Source: Macrostomum lignano (Eukaryota). Taken from it: DNA of 64,000 nucleotides. A model generated the notes under the pieces. The model did not search any database. It worked only from the letters and a program-made list of their open reading frames with translations, and was not told the origin of the DNA. The DNA is taken from contig NIVC01000561.1 in assembly GCA_002269645.1 (NCBI GenBank), positions 62,001 to 126,000 on the forward strand, written 5' to 3'. Shown here piece by piece: positions 32,784 to 45,008 of this stretch (the first letter of the stretch is position 1; each line of letters begins with the position of its first letter). The translations under genes were made by a program, and so were the position numbers.

Positions 32784-34214
32784 ATGCACCACAGCCAGCA
32801 GCAGGATGCTCAGCAGCAGCCTCCGGCTCGCTCTGCCTACCAGGGCGACTTTGGCGCCTCTACGCACAGCCCGGCCGAGCGAGTTCGAGCCGTGAGGCCA
32901 GTCGATCAGCTGATCAGCCTGGGCGGCGAAGAGGCGACTGGAAAGTTCTTCGCCAAGGCTGGCGGCGGTGGCGGCGAGGCGGCGACGAGGAGGCAGCCGA
33001 TTCGACCTGCTGGGGAGATCCAGGTGTGCGGCTCAGGCTGGGGCAGAGGCATTTTGAGGAATCGGGAAGGCAGTATGATGGATGGGGAGCGGTGGAGAGA
33101 GGGGGAGAGGGTGTGAGGGTGTGAGATGGAGAGGGTGTGAGCAGGAGAGGGTATGAGGGAGAGAGGGTGTTAGGGGAGAGGGTGTGAGGGTGTGAGAGTG
33201 TGAGGGAGAGAGGGTGTTAGGGGAGAGGGTGTTAAAGGAAGAGGGTGTGAAGGGGAGAGAGGGAGGAAAGGAAAGGAGAGGAAAGGATCAGAGGGGGAGA
33301 GGGTGTGAGATGGAGAGGTTGTGAGGGGAGAGGGTGTGAGGGTGTGAGTTGGAGAGGGTGTGAGCAGGAGAGGGTATGAGGGAGAGAGGGTGTGAGGGGG
33401 AGAGGGTGTTAGGGGAGAGGGTGTGAGGGTGTGAGAGTGTGAGGGGGAGAGAGTGTTAGGGGAGAGGGTGTGAGGGTGTGAGAGTGTGAGGGGGAGAGGG
33501 TGTTAGGGGAGAGGATGTAAAGGGAAGAGAGGATGTGAGGGAGAGAGGGTGTTAAAGGAAGAGGGTGTGAAGGGGAGAGAGGGTATGCGGGAGAGAGGGT
33601 GTTAGGGGAGAGGGTGTGAAGGGGAGAGGGTGTGAGGGAGAGAGGGTGTGATGGTGATGGGGAGAGGGTGTGAGGGAGAGAGGGTGTGATGGTGATGGGG
33701 AGAGGGTGTGAGGGAGAGAGGGTGTGATGGTGATGGGGAGAGGGTATGCGGGAGAGAGGGTGTTAGGGGAGAGGGTGTGAAGGGGAGAGGGTGTGAGGGA
33801 GAGAGGGTGTGATGGTGATGGAGAGAGGGTGTGAGGAAAGTATCAGAGGTCAGGCAGAGTGGGAGGGATTGAAGGCCACAGAGCCCATACAACATCAGCT
33901 GGTGAACCAGTCGCCCCCCAATCTCCACCCAGATGCCGTCGGGCCCTTTCGCCGGCCGCTCGGTGACCAACGAAGACTTCGCCTCGGCCAGCAGCTCGGT
34001 GCCGCAGCAGCCCCGGCAGGCACCGGTGCGGCACCGCGGCGAGCTGACCGGCACAGCTTCGCTAGGCGGTCACGCGGCCGGAGCGGATGCGAGCGGCGGA
34101 TGGGCAACATCTACGAGTCAGGACGCCTTCACGGCCAAGCAGAGAGAAGGGCCGCCGCCAAGGCGCAGGCAGCAGCAGCAGCCGCAGGAGCCGCAGGAGC
34201 AGTTTCTGCAGTAG
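32784..34214 (+). CDS. Small two-exon protein (about 173 aa) with three S/T-x-x-x-x-D-F/A-F-like motifs resembling SAXO/MAP6 Mn motifs
   Basis: Exon 32784..33023 (CAG/GTGTGC) and exon 33933..34214 (CCCAG acceptor) join in phase 0. Motifs RSAYQGDF, RSVTNEDF and TSTSQDAF. Function is inference. Confidence 0.6.
33095..33835. repeat. Degenerate purine-rich (GAGAGGGTGTGA)-type repeat, intronic
   Basis: Direct reading. It fills intron 33024..33932. Confidence 0.88.
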
Positions 34215-34784
34215 CGAATCTACGTACTTTTAGGCTGAGGTTTTGGATAAGCAAAATTGCCTTCCACTGACAATTCTCCATCTGCAGCGGCGCCCTTAAA
34301 ATTATTAATCACCTTTGAATTTTAAGCTTTTGAAAATGAGGTTTTTATAGAATGAATATCAAATGTGCTGGCGCCTCTGGTGCTGGCGCCATTCCTAAGA
34401 ATCCTGTGACCATGCTCTAGTTGTGTCTTGCACTGCGGGGACCCATCTCAGTCTCTATATTCGACAGCGTGTATAATTTAATAATTTACACGAGACAACA
34501 AAATTAAATGTCCCATTTTAATCCCCATTTTTGTTTGGTCAGCCGCTGGCTTGTTGAAGGATTGTCAGTAGTAAAAGCAATGTTTATCTTTGCAGGACTA
34601 GATTGGGTGATGTCTAACTAGGAACTAGGCTCTTTTGCAACGATTTTATTTTGTTTGTTTGCTTGCATGTTGATTTCCTTTAATAATCGGTACACCGCTC
34701 ACTACCAATCAGTGATGCCCGAAATGATAAATTTTAATTTTAATGCACAGTACGAGTATAGGCTCGAACTATCGATTCGATTCG

Positions 34785-35260
34785 AAAGCGATTCCTGGAA
34801 AATCAGAAAGGCAAGTCCTGGAATGATCAGAAAGGCGATTCCTGGAAATATCAGAAAGGCAATTCCTGGAAATATCAAAAAGGCGATTCCTGGAAATATC
34901 AGAAAGGCGATTCCTAGAAATATCAGAAAGGCGATTCCTGGAAATATCAGAAAGGCAATTCCTGGAAATATCAGAAAGGCGATTCCTGGAAATATCAGAA
35001 AGGCGATTCCTGGAAATATCAGAAAGGCAATTCCTGGAAATATCAGAAAGGCGATTCCTGGAAATATCAGAAAAGCGATTCCTGGAAATATCAGAAAGGC
35101 AATTCCTGGAAATATCAGAAAGGCAATTCCTGGAAATATCAGAAAGGCGATTCCTGAAAATATCGGAAAGGCGATTCCTGAAAATATCAGAAAGGCGATT
35201 CCTGGAAATATCAGAAAGGCAATTCCTAGAAATATCAGAAATGTGATTTCTGGAAATATC
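34785..35260. repeat. 24-bp minisatellite (AAAGGCGATTCCTGGAAATATCAG)n, about 20 copies
   Basis: Direct reading. It explains the IRKAIPGN ORF. Confidence 0.95.
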
Positions 35261-36088
35261 CACAATGTTAAATTATGTTATTTATTTCACTTAACGTACC
35301 TACAGTAACCACTTATGGACAAAATATTGCAAGTACAAGTAAATGTATTCAAAATTGCAATGCAACATTGAAAATGATCAAGTTTATAAAGAATTACTAA
35401 ATACACTTTGCCGTCTACGCAAGCGGATTCGCATGCTTTTTCCTAATCTCCCCCGAACCCTCCAACGAGCCTGCAATGAAAATTGTGCCTTATTAAAATT
35501 GATTTCGATACATATCGGCTTCGATACAATTTTCCAGGGTATTGTGGCCCTTGATTTGAGCAACTTCTCACAATTAGAAAATAACAAACCAAATGTAAAA
35601 ACACAATAAAACAGATTTACCAGTAAAAACTAAAAAACGCATTAAACAGCTTACTGAAAGTAGCGATGGATGCGCATTTATTTCCTGATTGGGCAGAATT
35701 TGCAGCAGCATCGGGGATTGGAAATGATTCAGAAGCGTTTAGAAAACGAAAAAATACTAAATTGATAGAATTAATTTCTATATGAGAAAAATCTGTCACT
35801 ACCGCCAACACATCTCAGCTGAATAGTTACACGATGTACTTTTGAATATTGAGGCGGTAGTGGCAGATTAATTAATTAAGTGTAAGTAAATTATAACATG
35901 AAAAGTACACGCAGTGCTCGATGTTGATAAAGACGCCAAATTAAGAAACTGGGCCTAATAGAAATAATAATAAAGTTGATATAATTAGTTTTAATAGGTA
36001 AATTTGTATAACAAAACTGTAACAAGTAAATATAAGAAAAAACAATGAAAATATTGAGATTTATAATAGAAAAACAAAAACGCATTTA

Positions 36089-36710
36089 ATTGTCACTCCC
36101 TACTCGAATTCGGGCACTCTCAACTGTCACTCCCGACCCGAATTCGGGCACTCTCAATTGTCACTCCCTACCCGAATTCGGGCACTCTCAATTGTCACTC
36201 CCTACTCGAATTCGGGCACTCTCAACTGTCACTCCCGACCCGAATTCGGGCACTCTCAACTGTCACTCCCTACTCGGATTCGGGCACTCTCAATTGTCAC
36301 TCCCTACTCGAATTCGGGCACTCTCAACTGTCACTCCCGACCCGAATTCGGGCACTCTCAACTGTCACTCCCTACTCGGATTCGGGCACTCTCAACTGTC
36401 ACTCCCTACTCGGATTCGGGCACTCTCAATTGTCACTCCCTACTCGAATTCGGGCACTCTCAACTGTCACTCCCGACCCGAATTCGGGCACTCTCAACTG
36501 TCACTCCCTACTCGAATTCGGGCACTCTTAATTGTCACTCCCTACTCGAATTCGGGCATTCTCAATTGTCACTCCCTACTCGAATTCGGGCACTCTTAAT
36601 TGTCACTCCCTACTCGAATTCGGGCACTCTCAATTGTCACTCCCTACCCGAATTCGGGCACTCTCAATTATCACTCCCTACTCGAAGTCGGGCACTCTCA
36701 ACTGTCACTC
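36089..36710. repeat. 34-bp minisatellite (TGTCACTCCCTACTCGAATTCGGGCACTCTCAAT)n, about 18 copies
   Basis: Direct reading. Some variants carry the perfect palindrome CCCGAATTCGGG. Confidence 0.95.
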
Positions 36711-36759
36711 TCTGGAACTAAGTAATCACTCTCCCAAGCTGCATCACTCCTCAGGCAGG

Positions 36760-39549
36760 TCAGACCAGCCTAACCAGCGCAATCTCCTGCTGAGTAAGAG
36801 TTCTCAAAGGTGGCCCGTAGTACATGGCCCCGGAGGTGACAAAGATCTGATAGCGGCCCACCCTGTAATACCCGTAGTTGAAGGGGAACACCAGCTTGGC
36901 TAGAATGGTCAGCGGGAAGAACTGCCCAGCGTGCGTGTGGCCGCTCAGAATCAAATCCACGTTGGCACCGGATGAGATGGCGTCCTTAGCAACGCTGGGC
37001 TGGTGGGCCAGCAGCACCACCGCGTCAGAGGGTCGGCAAGCAGACAGGGCGGCACTCAGGTTGTAGTGCAGCTCCGCCGAGTCCGTGGCCACGTCCGCGA
37101 ACTGGTCATTGACGCCAGCCAGACAGAGGCCGCCTATGCGTCTGCGATGGGGAAGAGCGGTTGCCATGGTTTCCAGTCAGCCATATCAAGTCTTTCATTC
37201 AGCCTCAACTAGTCTTTAACCCAGCCTCTCACTAGCCTCATCAGGTAACCTACTCAGTCTCTCACTCAAAATCATCAAATATTAAATAAATACTCACGCA
37301 GTGTCTAACTCAACCCTGCCTTACCCAGCCTCATCTAGTCAGGGAGCCTCACCCAGCCTCATCTAGTCAGGGAGCCTCACCCAGCCTCATCTAGTCCCGC
37401 AGCCTCATCCAGTCACTCAGCTTCATCCAGTCACCCAGCCTCATCTAATCACCCGATCTCATCTAGTCACACAGTCTCATTCAGTCATAACCACAACCCT
37501 AACCCAGCCTCATCTAAGTCACCCAGCCTCATCCAGTCCAGCAGTTTCATCCAGTCCCGCAGTCTCACCCAGTCCCGCAGTCTCACCCAGTCCCGCAGTC
37601 TCACCCAGTCCCGCAGTCTCACCCAGTCCCGCAGTCTCACCCAGTCCCGCAGTCTCACCCAGTCCCGCAGTCTCACCCAGTCCCGCAGTCTCACCCAGTC
37701 CCGCAGTCTCACCCAGTCCCGCAGTCTCATCCAGTCCCACAGCCACATCTAAGTCACCAAGCCTCATCTAAGACACCCAGCCTCACCTAGCCTGATTGGC
37801 CAGAGGCTGGAAGCCGGCAGCAGCAACAGCCCGAATCCAAGCCTGGGGCCGCATAGTGAGGTATTCGTGATTGCCAGTCACGTACACCTTGGCCAGCCTA
37901 GCCTGAACATTGGCTAGCGGAGCCGCAGCGCTGAGAAACTGAGTGCCAGGCGTGTCAGCCAGATCGCCAACCAGAGCCACCACATCCGGCTTCAAAGCGT
38001 TCAGCTGGGTGACCAGCCCGGCCACATCAGGTTCACCCACAGTCGGGCCGATGTGCAGGTCGGACACCAGAGCCACTTGAAGGCCGCGCATCGATGAAGG
38101 CAGCCGAGGCAGCTCGATGTCGATCCGACGAACTGGAATGCCGCGACCAGCAGACAGGGCGGAGCTGCTCACGCCGGACAGTCCAGCAGTTGTCATGGCA
38201 ACCGAAACAGCCAATGGCAGAGCTGCGCAAAAAAATCCTTTATTGAGCATCAGACCGAGCCGCGTGCCGATCAAGAATCGATAGCACATTGACAAGCAGT
38301 GCGCGAGCAGAGCGTAAAATGCAAACTGCAGGCACTGGCCGCCGCAGATGTAGCAGGCCAGCACTAGCGGGTTCACCTGCGGTTGGGGGCGGCGTGAATG
38401 GGTGACGTCACTGGGATAAAGTGCGCCTCACTTGACTGAATGATGTGAGTCAGATGAGTGAATGATGTGAATCAGATGAGTGAATGATTTGAATCAGATG
38501 AGTGAATGATTTGAATCAGATGACTGAATTATGTAAATCAGATGACTGAATGGTGTGAATCAGAGGACTGAATGATGTGAATCAGATGACTGAATGATGT
38601 GAATCAGATGAGTGAATGATTTGAATCAGATGAGTGAATGATTTGAATCAGATCACTGAATGGTGTGAATCAGAGGACTGAATGATGTGAATCAGATGAG
38701 TGAATGATGTGAATCAGATGAGTGAATGATTTGAATCAGATGAGTGCATGATTTGAATCAGATCACTGAATGGTGTGAATCAGAGGACTGAATGATGTGA
38801 ATCAGATGACTGAATGATGTGAATCAGATGAGTGAATGATTTGAATCATATGAGTGAATGATTTGAATCAGATCACTGAATGGTGTGAATCAGAGGACTG
38901 AATGATGTGAATCAGATGAGTGAATGATGTGAATCAGATGAGTGAATGATTTGAATCAGATGAGTGCATGATTTGAATCAGATCACTGAATGGTGTGAAT
39001 CAGAGGACTGAATGATGTGAATCAGATGAGTGAATGATGTGAATCAGGTGACTGAATGGTGTGAATCAGGTGACTGAATGACGTGAATCAGAGGACTGAA
39101 TAATGTGAATCAGGTGACTGAATGGTGTAAATCAGGTGACCGAATGGCGTGAATCAGGTGACCGAATGGCGTGAATCATGACTCAAAGCCAGCCCAACCT
39201 GAGCTCCGCCCGACAGCAGCAGACCCGCAGGCAGGGCCAGCACAGTCCCCAGATACACAGGCGTCATCAAGATGCCAACGATTCGCTCCCAAATGTCGCG
39301 TCCCGGATGCACCCAGCGCCACAGCAGCCAGATGGCCAGCAGTTCACCCAGCTCAGACACGAACAGCACATTAGCCCTGGCAGACAGAGCCCGCCAAGGA
39401 TATTGCGAGCCAAACAACAGCCAAGCGGCCACATTGTAGACGGCCAATATGGCCAAGAACACGACCGAATATCGAGTGGTTGACGGGCTTCTGATGCCGC
39501 CGATGGGCAGCTGACATGCGGCCTCCGAAGGCCGCCAAGGTAATTTCAT
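36760..39549 (-). CDS. TMPPE: Transmembrane protein with metallophosphoesterase domain (TMPPE/YkuE-like, about 440 aa)
   Basis: Exons 39549..39199, 38376..37787 and 37141..36760 are phase-consistent. N-terminal TM helices precede the calcineurin-like metal motifs SDLH, GDLAD, TGNHEY, LLAHQP and SGHTHAGQ. Confidence 0.9.
37310..37786. repeat. About 18-bp minisatellite (CAGTCCCGCAGTCTCACC / CCCAGCCTCATCTAGTC variants), TMPPE intron 2
   Basis: Direct reading. It runs up to the donor at 37786. Confidence 0.9.
38432..39180. repeat. 22-bp minisatellite (TGAATGATGTGAATCAGATGAG)n, about 34 copies, TMPPE intron 1
   Basis: Direct reading. Confidence 0.94.
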
Positions 39550-39777
39550 GCCACCGCGGAATGCTGAAGGGGGGTTGGCGTGGGGTGAGGCCTGGAGTGT
39601 GCTGTCTAGGCACTACTGGCTACTGATGAGTAGCATGCAATGAAATTTACTGTTGGGAAATAAAAAAACAGAAAAATGATATGGATTTTTAAAAATCAGA
39701 GCTCGGTTATCTTTTATTTGTTGCAATTTTCAATCACCGAATACAAAAATTAGAAATTACACCGACTACTTTTATAA

Positions 39778-40400
39778 AATGGGGAAATTAGGGAAAGGGG
39801 GATTAGGGTCTAGAGAGATGGGGAGACTAGTGAGATGGGGAAATTAGGGAGATAGGGAGATGGAGAGATTAGTGAGATGGGGAGATGAGGGAGATGGGGA
39901 GATTAGGGAGATGGGGAGATGAGGGAGATGGAGAGATGGGGAGATTAGGGAGATGGGGAGATGAGGGAGATGGAGAGATGGGGAGATGGGGAGATGAGGG
40001 AGATGGGGAGATTAGGGAGATGATGAGTTTAGGGAGATGGGGAGATTAGGGAGATGGGGAGATTAGGGAGATGGGGAGATTAGGGAGATGGGGAGATTAG
40101 GGAGATGGGGAGATTAGGGAGATGGGGAGATGGGGAGATGAGGGAGATGGGGAGATTAGGGAGATGGGGAGTTTGGGGCGATGGGGAGATTAGTGAGATG
40201 GGGAGTTTGGGGAGATGGGGAGATTAGTGAGATGGGGAGTTTGGGGAGAAGGGGAGATTAGGGAGATGGGGAGATTAGTGAGATGGGGAGTTTGGGGAGA
40301 TGGGGAGATTACGGAGATGGGGGGATTAGTGACATTGGGAGTTTGGTGAGATTAGGGAGATGGAGAGGTTAGGGAGACCAAGTGATTGGGGAGATTTGGG
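39778..40400. repeat. G-rich repeat of about 18-19 bp (GGGAGATTAGGGAGATGG)n
   Basis: Direct reading. It lies between the SULT stop and the TMPPE start. Confidence 0.9.
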
Positions 40401-40462
40401 GAGATTGGAGAAAAATAAAGGAGGGAAAGTGCAGAAGGGATCAAAGTTAGGTGGGGAACTGC

Positions 40463-43400
40463 TCAAGAAGGTCCCTCATCAGCCGCAGCCGCACTCTTTT
40501 CTCCCTTCTCCCCCAGCCGCAGGCCGCAGCGAGCTCGCAGCGGCTCCAGCAGCTCCGCATCGAACCGGGCTGCCTCATCAGCCGACATCAGACTCCGCCA
40601 GCCGCCAGCCCGGCCAGCCCGATAAAATCCCATTCTGGGATCGTGAGCGCCGTAGCGCCGGTACCAGGAGTAGCTGGTTGTTGGCCTCAGGCGCATCCGA
40701 TGAAAGTTGCAGAAGTCCACGATCTGGACAGGGTGTGGGGTGGGTAGTCTCTGAGTCACTGCTCACCTTCACACAGTCACTTCTCACCTCCACTCAGTCA
40801 TTCCTCACCTCCACTCAGTCATTCCTCACCACCACTCAGTGATTCCTCACCTCCACTCAGTGATTCCTCACCTCCACTCAGTAATTCCTCACCTCCACTC
40901 AGTCATTCCTCACCTCCACTCAGTGATTCCTCACCTCCACTCAGTCGTTCCTCACCCCACTCAGTCATTCCTCACCCCCACTCAGTCATTCCTCACCTCC
41001 ACTCAGTCATTTATCGCCTCCACTCAGTCGTTCCTCACCCCACTCAGTCATTCCTCACCCCACTCAGTCATTCCTCACCTCCACTCAGTCGTTCCTCACC
41101 CCACTCAGTCATTCCTCACCCCCACTCAGTCATTCCTCACCTCCACTCAGTCATTTATCGCCTCCACTCAGTGATTCCTCACCTTCACTCAGTCATTTAT
41201 CGCCTCCACTCAGTGATTCCTCACCTTCACTCAGCCATTCCTCACCTCCACTTAGTCATTCCTCACCTTCACGCAGGCCTCTCGCAGGTTGTGTGACAAT
41301 GTTAAGAAACTAAGAAGCCCAATTATCACAAATTCACATAAACTACCCGCTCACTCACTTCATTCACCCGCCGCTGACTGGGCTCAGTGACTCCCAGAAA
41401 CCGAGCGATTCTGATCACGCAGCCTGCTGTATCGGCCATCAATTCCTCATACGTGAGAAACATCACCCGATCAGGCCTGTCGCAGCTGACACGCCAGAAC
41501 GCCTCCACGTGGTCAAGCCAAGGACCATAGGGCAGTGGTCGGTCTCCGCTACTATCCAAGAATCGATCAACGAAATCCCCGGCCCAATCTCCCGTGTAGC
41601 CAATCAGCGGGCTGAGCATGCGAAGGAAATGATAATAGGAGATTGAGGTGTCTTTTGGACAGCGGGCCAAGTAGATTACCTGCGGATCGGGTTTGTTTGC
41701 GAGCTGCCTGACTGCTAATGGGAAGCTGCTCTCTAAGTCATGTATTCTCTCAGAGTGTGCAACCTTATCTCTTTGATTTTCTTCTCTCGTCTCAACTCTG
41801 CATCTCTCTTCCTAACCCAACCTCTCAACCCTGCATCTCCTTTCTTTAATCCAACTTCTCAACCCTGCATCTCCTTTCTTTAATCCAACTTCTCAACCCT
41901 GCATCTCCTTTCTTTAATCCAACTTCTCAACCCTGCATCTCCTTTCTTTAATCCAACTTCTCAACCCTGCATCTCCTTTCTTTAACCCAACTTCTCAACC
42001 CTGCATCTCTCTTCCTAACCCAACCTCTCAACCCTGCATCTCCTTTCTTTAATCCAACTTCTCAACCCTGCATCTCCTTTCTTTAACCCAACTTCTCAAC
42101 CCTGCATCTCTCTTCCTAACCCAACCTCTCAACCCTGCATCTCCCTTCTTTAACCCAACCTCTCAACCCTGCATCTCCTTTCTTTAACCCAACTTCTCAA
42201 CCCTGCATCTCCATTTCTTTAACCCAACTTCTCAACCCTGCATCTCTTTTCTATAACCCCAGTTCTCAACTCTCCATCTCCTTTCTTTAACTCAACCTCT
42301 CAACCCTGCATCTCCATTTCTTTAACCCAACTTCTCAACCCTGCATCTCTTTTCTATAACCCCAGTTCTCAACTCTCCATCTCCTTTCTTTAACTCAACC
42401 TCTCAACCCTGCATCTCCATTTCTTTAACCCAACTTCTCAACCCTGCATCTCCTTTCTTTAATCCAACTTCTCAACCCTGCATCTCCTTTCTTTAACCCA
42501 ACTTCTCAACCCTGCATCTCTCTTCCTAACCCAACCTCTCAACCCAGTATCTCCTTTCTTTAATCCAACTTCTCAACCCTGCATCTCCTTTCTTTAATCC
42601 AACTTCTCAACCCTGCATCTCCTTTCTTTAATCCAACTTCTCAACCCTGCATCTCCCTTCCTAAACTAACCTCTCAACCCTGCATCTCCCTTCCTAAACT
42701 AACCTCTCAACCCTGCATCTCCCTTCTTTAACCCAACCTCTCAACCCTGCATCTCCCTTTCTTAACCAACCCTTATCTCAACCCTGCATCTTATTTCCCT
42801 AACCATAGCCTTACCATAACCCTGCAGCAGATCTCAAACACTAATCATAGTCCTACCTACATCCAGTAACCCCCTAGGTCTATCTTTCTTTTCAAGGATT
42901 TCCAATTATTCTATCAAAGAAAGTTTCATAAACTTTTTAAAGCCATTAAACTCACTTTAGCACCTGAACCCTTGCTTAACTTGTCGTCCACAACAGATCT
43001 AGGCAGCAAGCCCCAGGGCAGATGAGATTTAATAAATCGCCTAGAAGTGTTCATAGGCCAACGCTTAATAGTGGCGAGTCCCGGGTAAGGATATTCCAAA
43101 TATGGAAACCGGTCCTCAATGCTGACAGTCTCAGCCAGTTTCGAATCAAAGTCGGTGGCCAACATAAACACGAGCTCCTGGAGCCAAGTGGTGCCAGCTT
43201 TGGGAAACGATACGACAAAGATGTCACCAGAACGAACTGGCATTGAAGCCACGCCGTCAAGAGCTCGATAAACATCGGTTGGTAACCAACAAAAATAGCT
43301 GCTCTCTGCATCTGACTTGGCTTTTGATTGATCAACCTCAGCTTTAACGAACTGTACAGACTCGAATTTTTTATCACGAACCAGCTTGGACTTCCATTGC

Positions 43401-43579
43401 TGATGACCTCGCCAACAGATGAAACCCACTGCACCTAAGGTGGCCGCTGCCGCACTAGCTGCTATTAGTGCAGCTGCACTTTTACTGCCAGCTCCGGATT
43501 CATTGGTTTGTCTGGACTGGGACAGAACTGTGCGACCAGTTGATAACAGACGGTGCTGGGTATGGCGTAAGACTTGCAG
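40463..43579 (-). CDS. Cytosolic-type (SULT family) sulfotransferase, SULT4A1-like, with N-terminal extension
   Basis: Exons 43579..42956, 41679..41359 and 40723..40463 join in phase 0. Motifs: 5'-PSB SFPKAGTTW, RFPYLEYP, FIKSHLP, VIYLARCPKD, FLTYEEL and FYRAGRAGGW. The start codon is not in exon 43579. A candidate ATG/GT micro-exon lies at 44740..44738. Confidence 0.9.
40752..41275. repeat. 21-22-bp minisatellite (CAGTCATTCCTCACCTCCACT)n, last SULT intron
   Basis: Direct reading. Confidence 0.93.
41790..42800. repeat. 34-bp minisatellite (CTCAACCCTGCATCTCCTTTCTTTAATCCAACTT)n, about 30 copies, SULT intron
   Basis: Direct reading. Confidence 0.94.
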
Positions 43580-43591
43580 CTGAAGAACAAA

Positions 43592-44665
43592 TAGATTAGA
43601 TCTGGAGATTCAATGAGATCAAGTAGATATTATATCTGCAGATTCAATGAGATCAGGTATAGATTAGATCTGCAGATTCAATGAGATTAAGTAAAGATTA
43701 GATCTACTAATTCAGTGAGATCAGGTATAGATTAGTTCTGCAGATTCAATGAGATCAGGTATAGATTAGTTCTGCAGATTCAATGAGATCAGGTATAGAT
43801 TAGATCTGCAGATTCAATGAGATTAAGTAAAGATTAGATCTACTAATTCAGTGAGATCAGGTATAAATTAGATCTGCAGATTCAATGAGATCAGGTATAG
43901 ATTAGATCTGCAGATTTAATGAGATCAGGTATAGATTAGTTCTGCAGATTCAATGAGATCAGGTATAGATTAGATCTGCAGATTCAATGAGATTAAGTAA
44001 AGATTAGATCTACTAATTCAGTGAGATCAGGTATAGATTAGATCTGCAGATTCAATGAGATCAAGTAAAGATTAGATCTACTAATTCAGTGAGATCAGGT
44101 ATAGATTAGATCTGCAGATTCAATGAGATCAGGTATAGATTAGATCTGCAGATTCAATGAGATCAGGTATAGATTAGATCTGAAGATTCAATGAGATCAG
44201 GTATAGATTAGATCTGCAGATTCAATGAGATCTGGTATAGATTAGATCTACTAATTCGGTGAGATCAGGTATAGATTAGTTCTGCAGATTCAATGAGATC
44301 AGGTATAGATTAGATCTGCAGATTCAATGAGATCAGGTATAGATTAGATCTGCAGATTCAATGAGATCAGGTATAGATTAGATCTGCAGATTCAATGAGA
44401 TCAAGTAAAGATTAGATCCACTAATTCAGTGAGATCAGGTATAGATTAGTTCTGCAGATTCAATGAGATCAGGTATAGATTAGATCTGCAGATTTAATGA
44501 GATCAAGTATAGATTAGATCTACAGATTCAATGAGATCAGGTATAGATTAGATTTGTAGATTCAATAAGATCAGGTATAGATTAGATTTGCAGATTGAAT
44601 GAGATGAGATCAAGTATAGATTAGATTTACAGATTCAATGAGATCAAGTAGATTAGATCTACAAA
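43592..44665. repeat. 34-bp minisatellite (GATTAGATCTGCAGATTCAATGAGATCAGGTATA)n, about 31 copies
   Basis: Direct reading. It sits immediately upstream of the SULT acceptor at 43580-43581. Confidence 0.95.
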
Positions 44666-45008
44666 ATGATTTAGAATATTTAGTTTAAAAAACACTAATA
44701 TTTAATTAAATAACTGCTCTTATAATCATAACTATACCATAGTAGGACCCCTATTAAGGTATAACACTATTTATTTTACATTTGGAAGATTTCAAAATAA
44801 TTTTTTTAAAATCAATAATGACTTCAAATGTATAATTGGTTAGAGAAAAAAATATTTATTTTTGGTTTAAGAAAGTACCTTCCTAAGTTTATAAATTTTT
44901 AGACTGTTTTGATATTAATATATAAATAGAATTTAATTTACTAATAACAATGTATTTAAATATCTAGCTAGGCCTAGGTTTATATTAACAGAAAGGCTAA
45001 AAAGAGAG

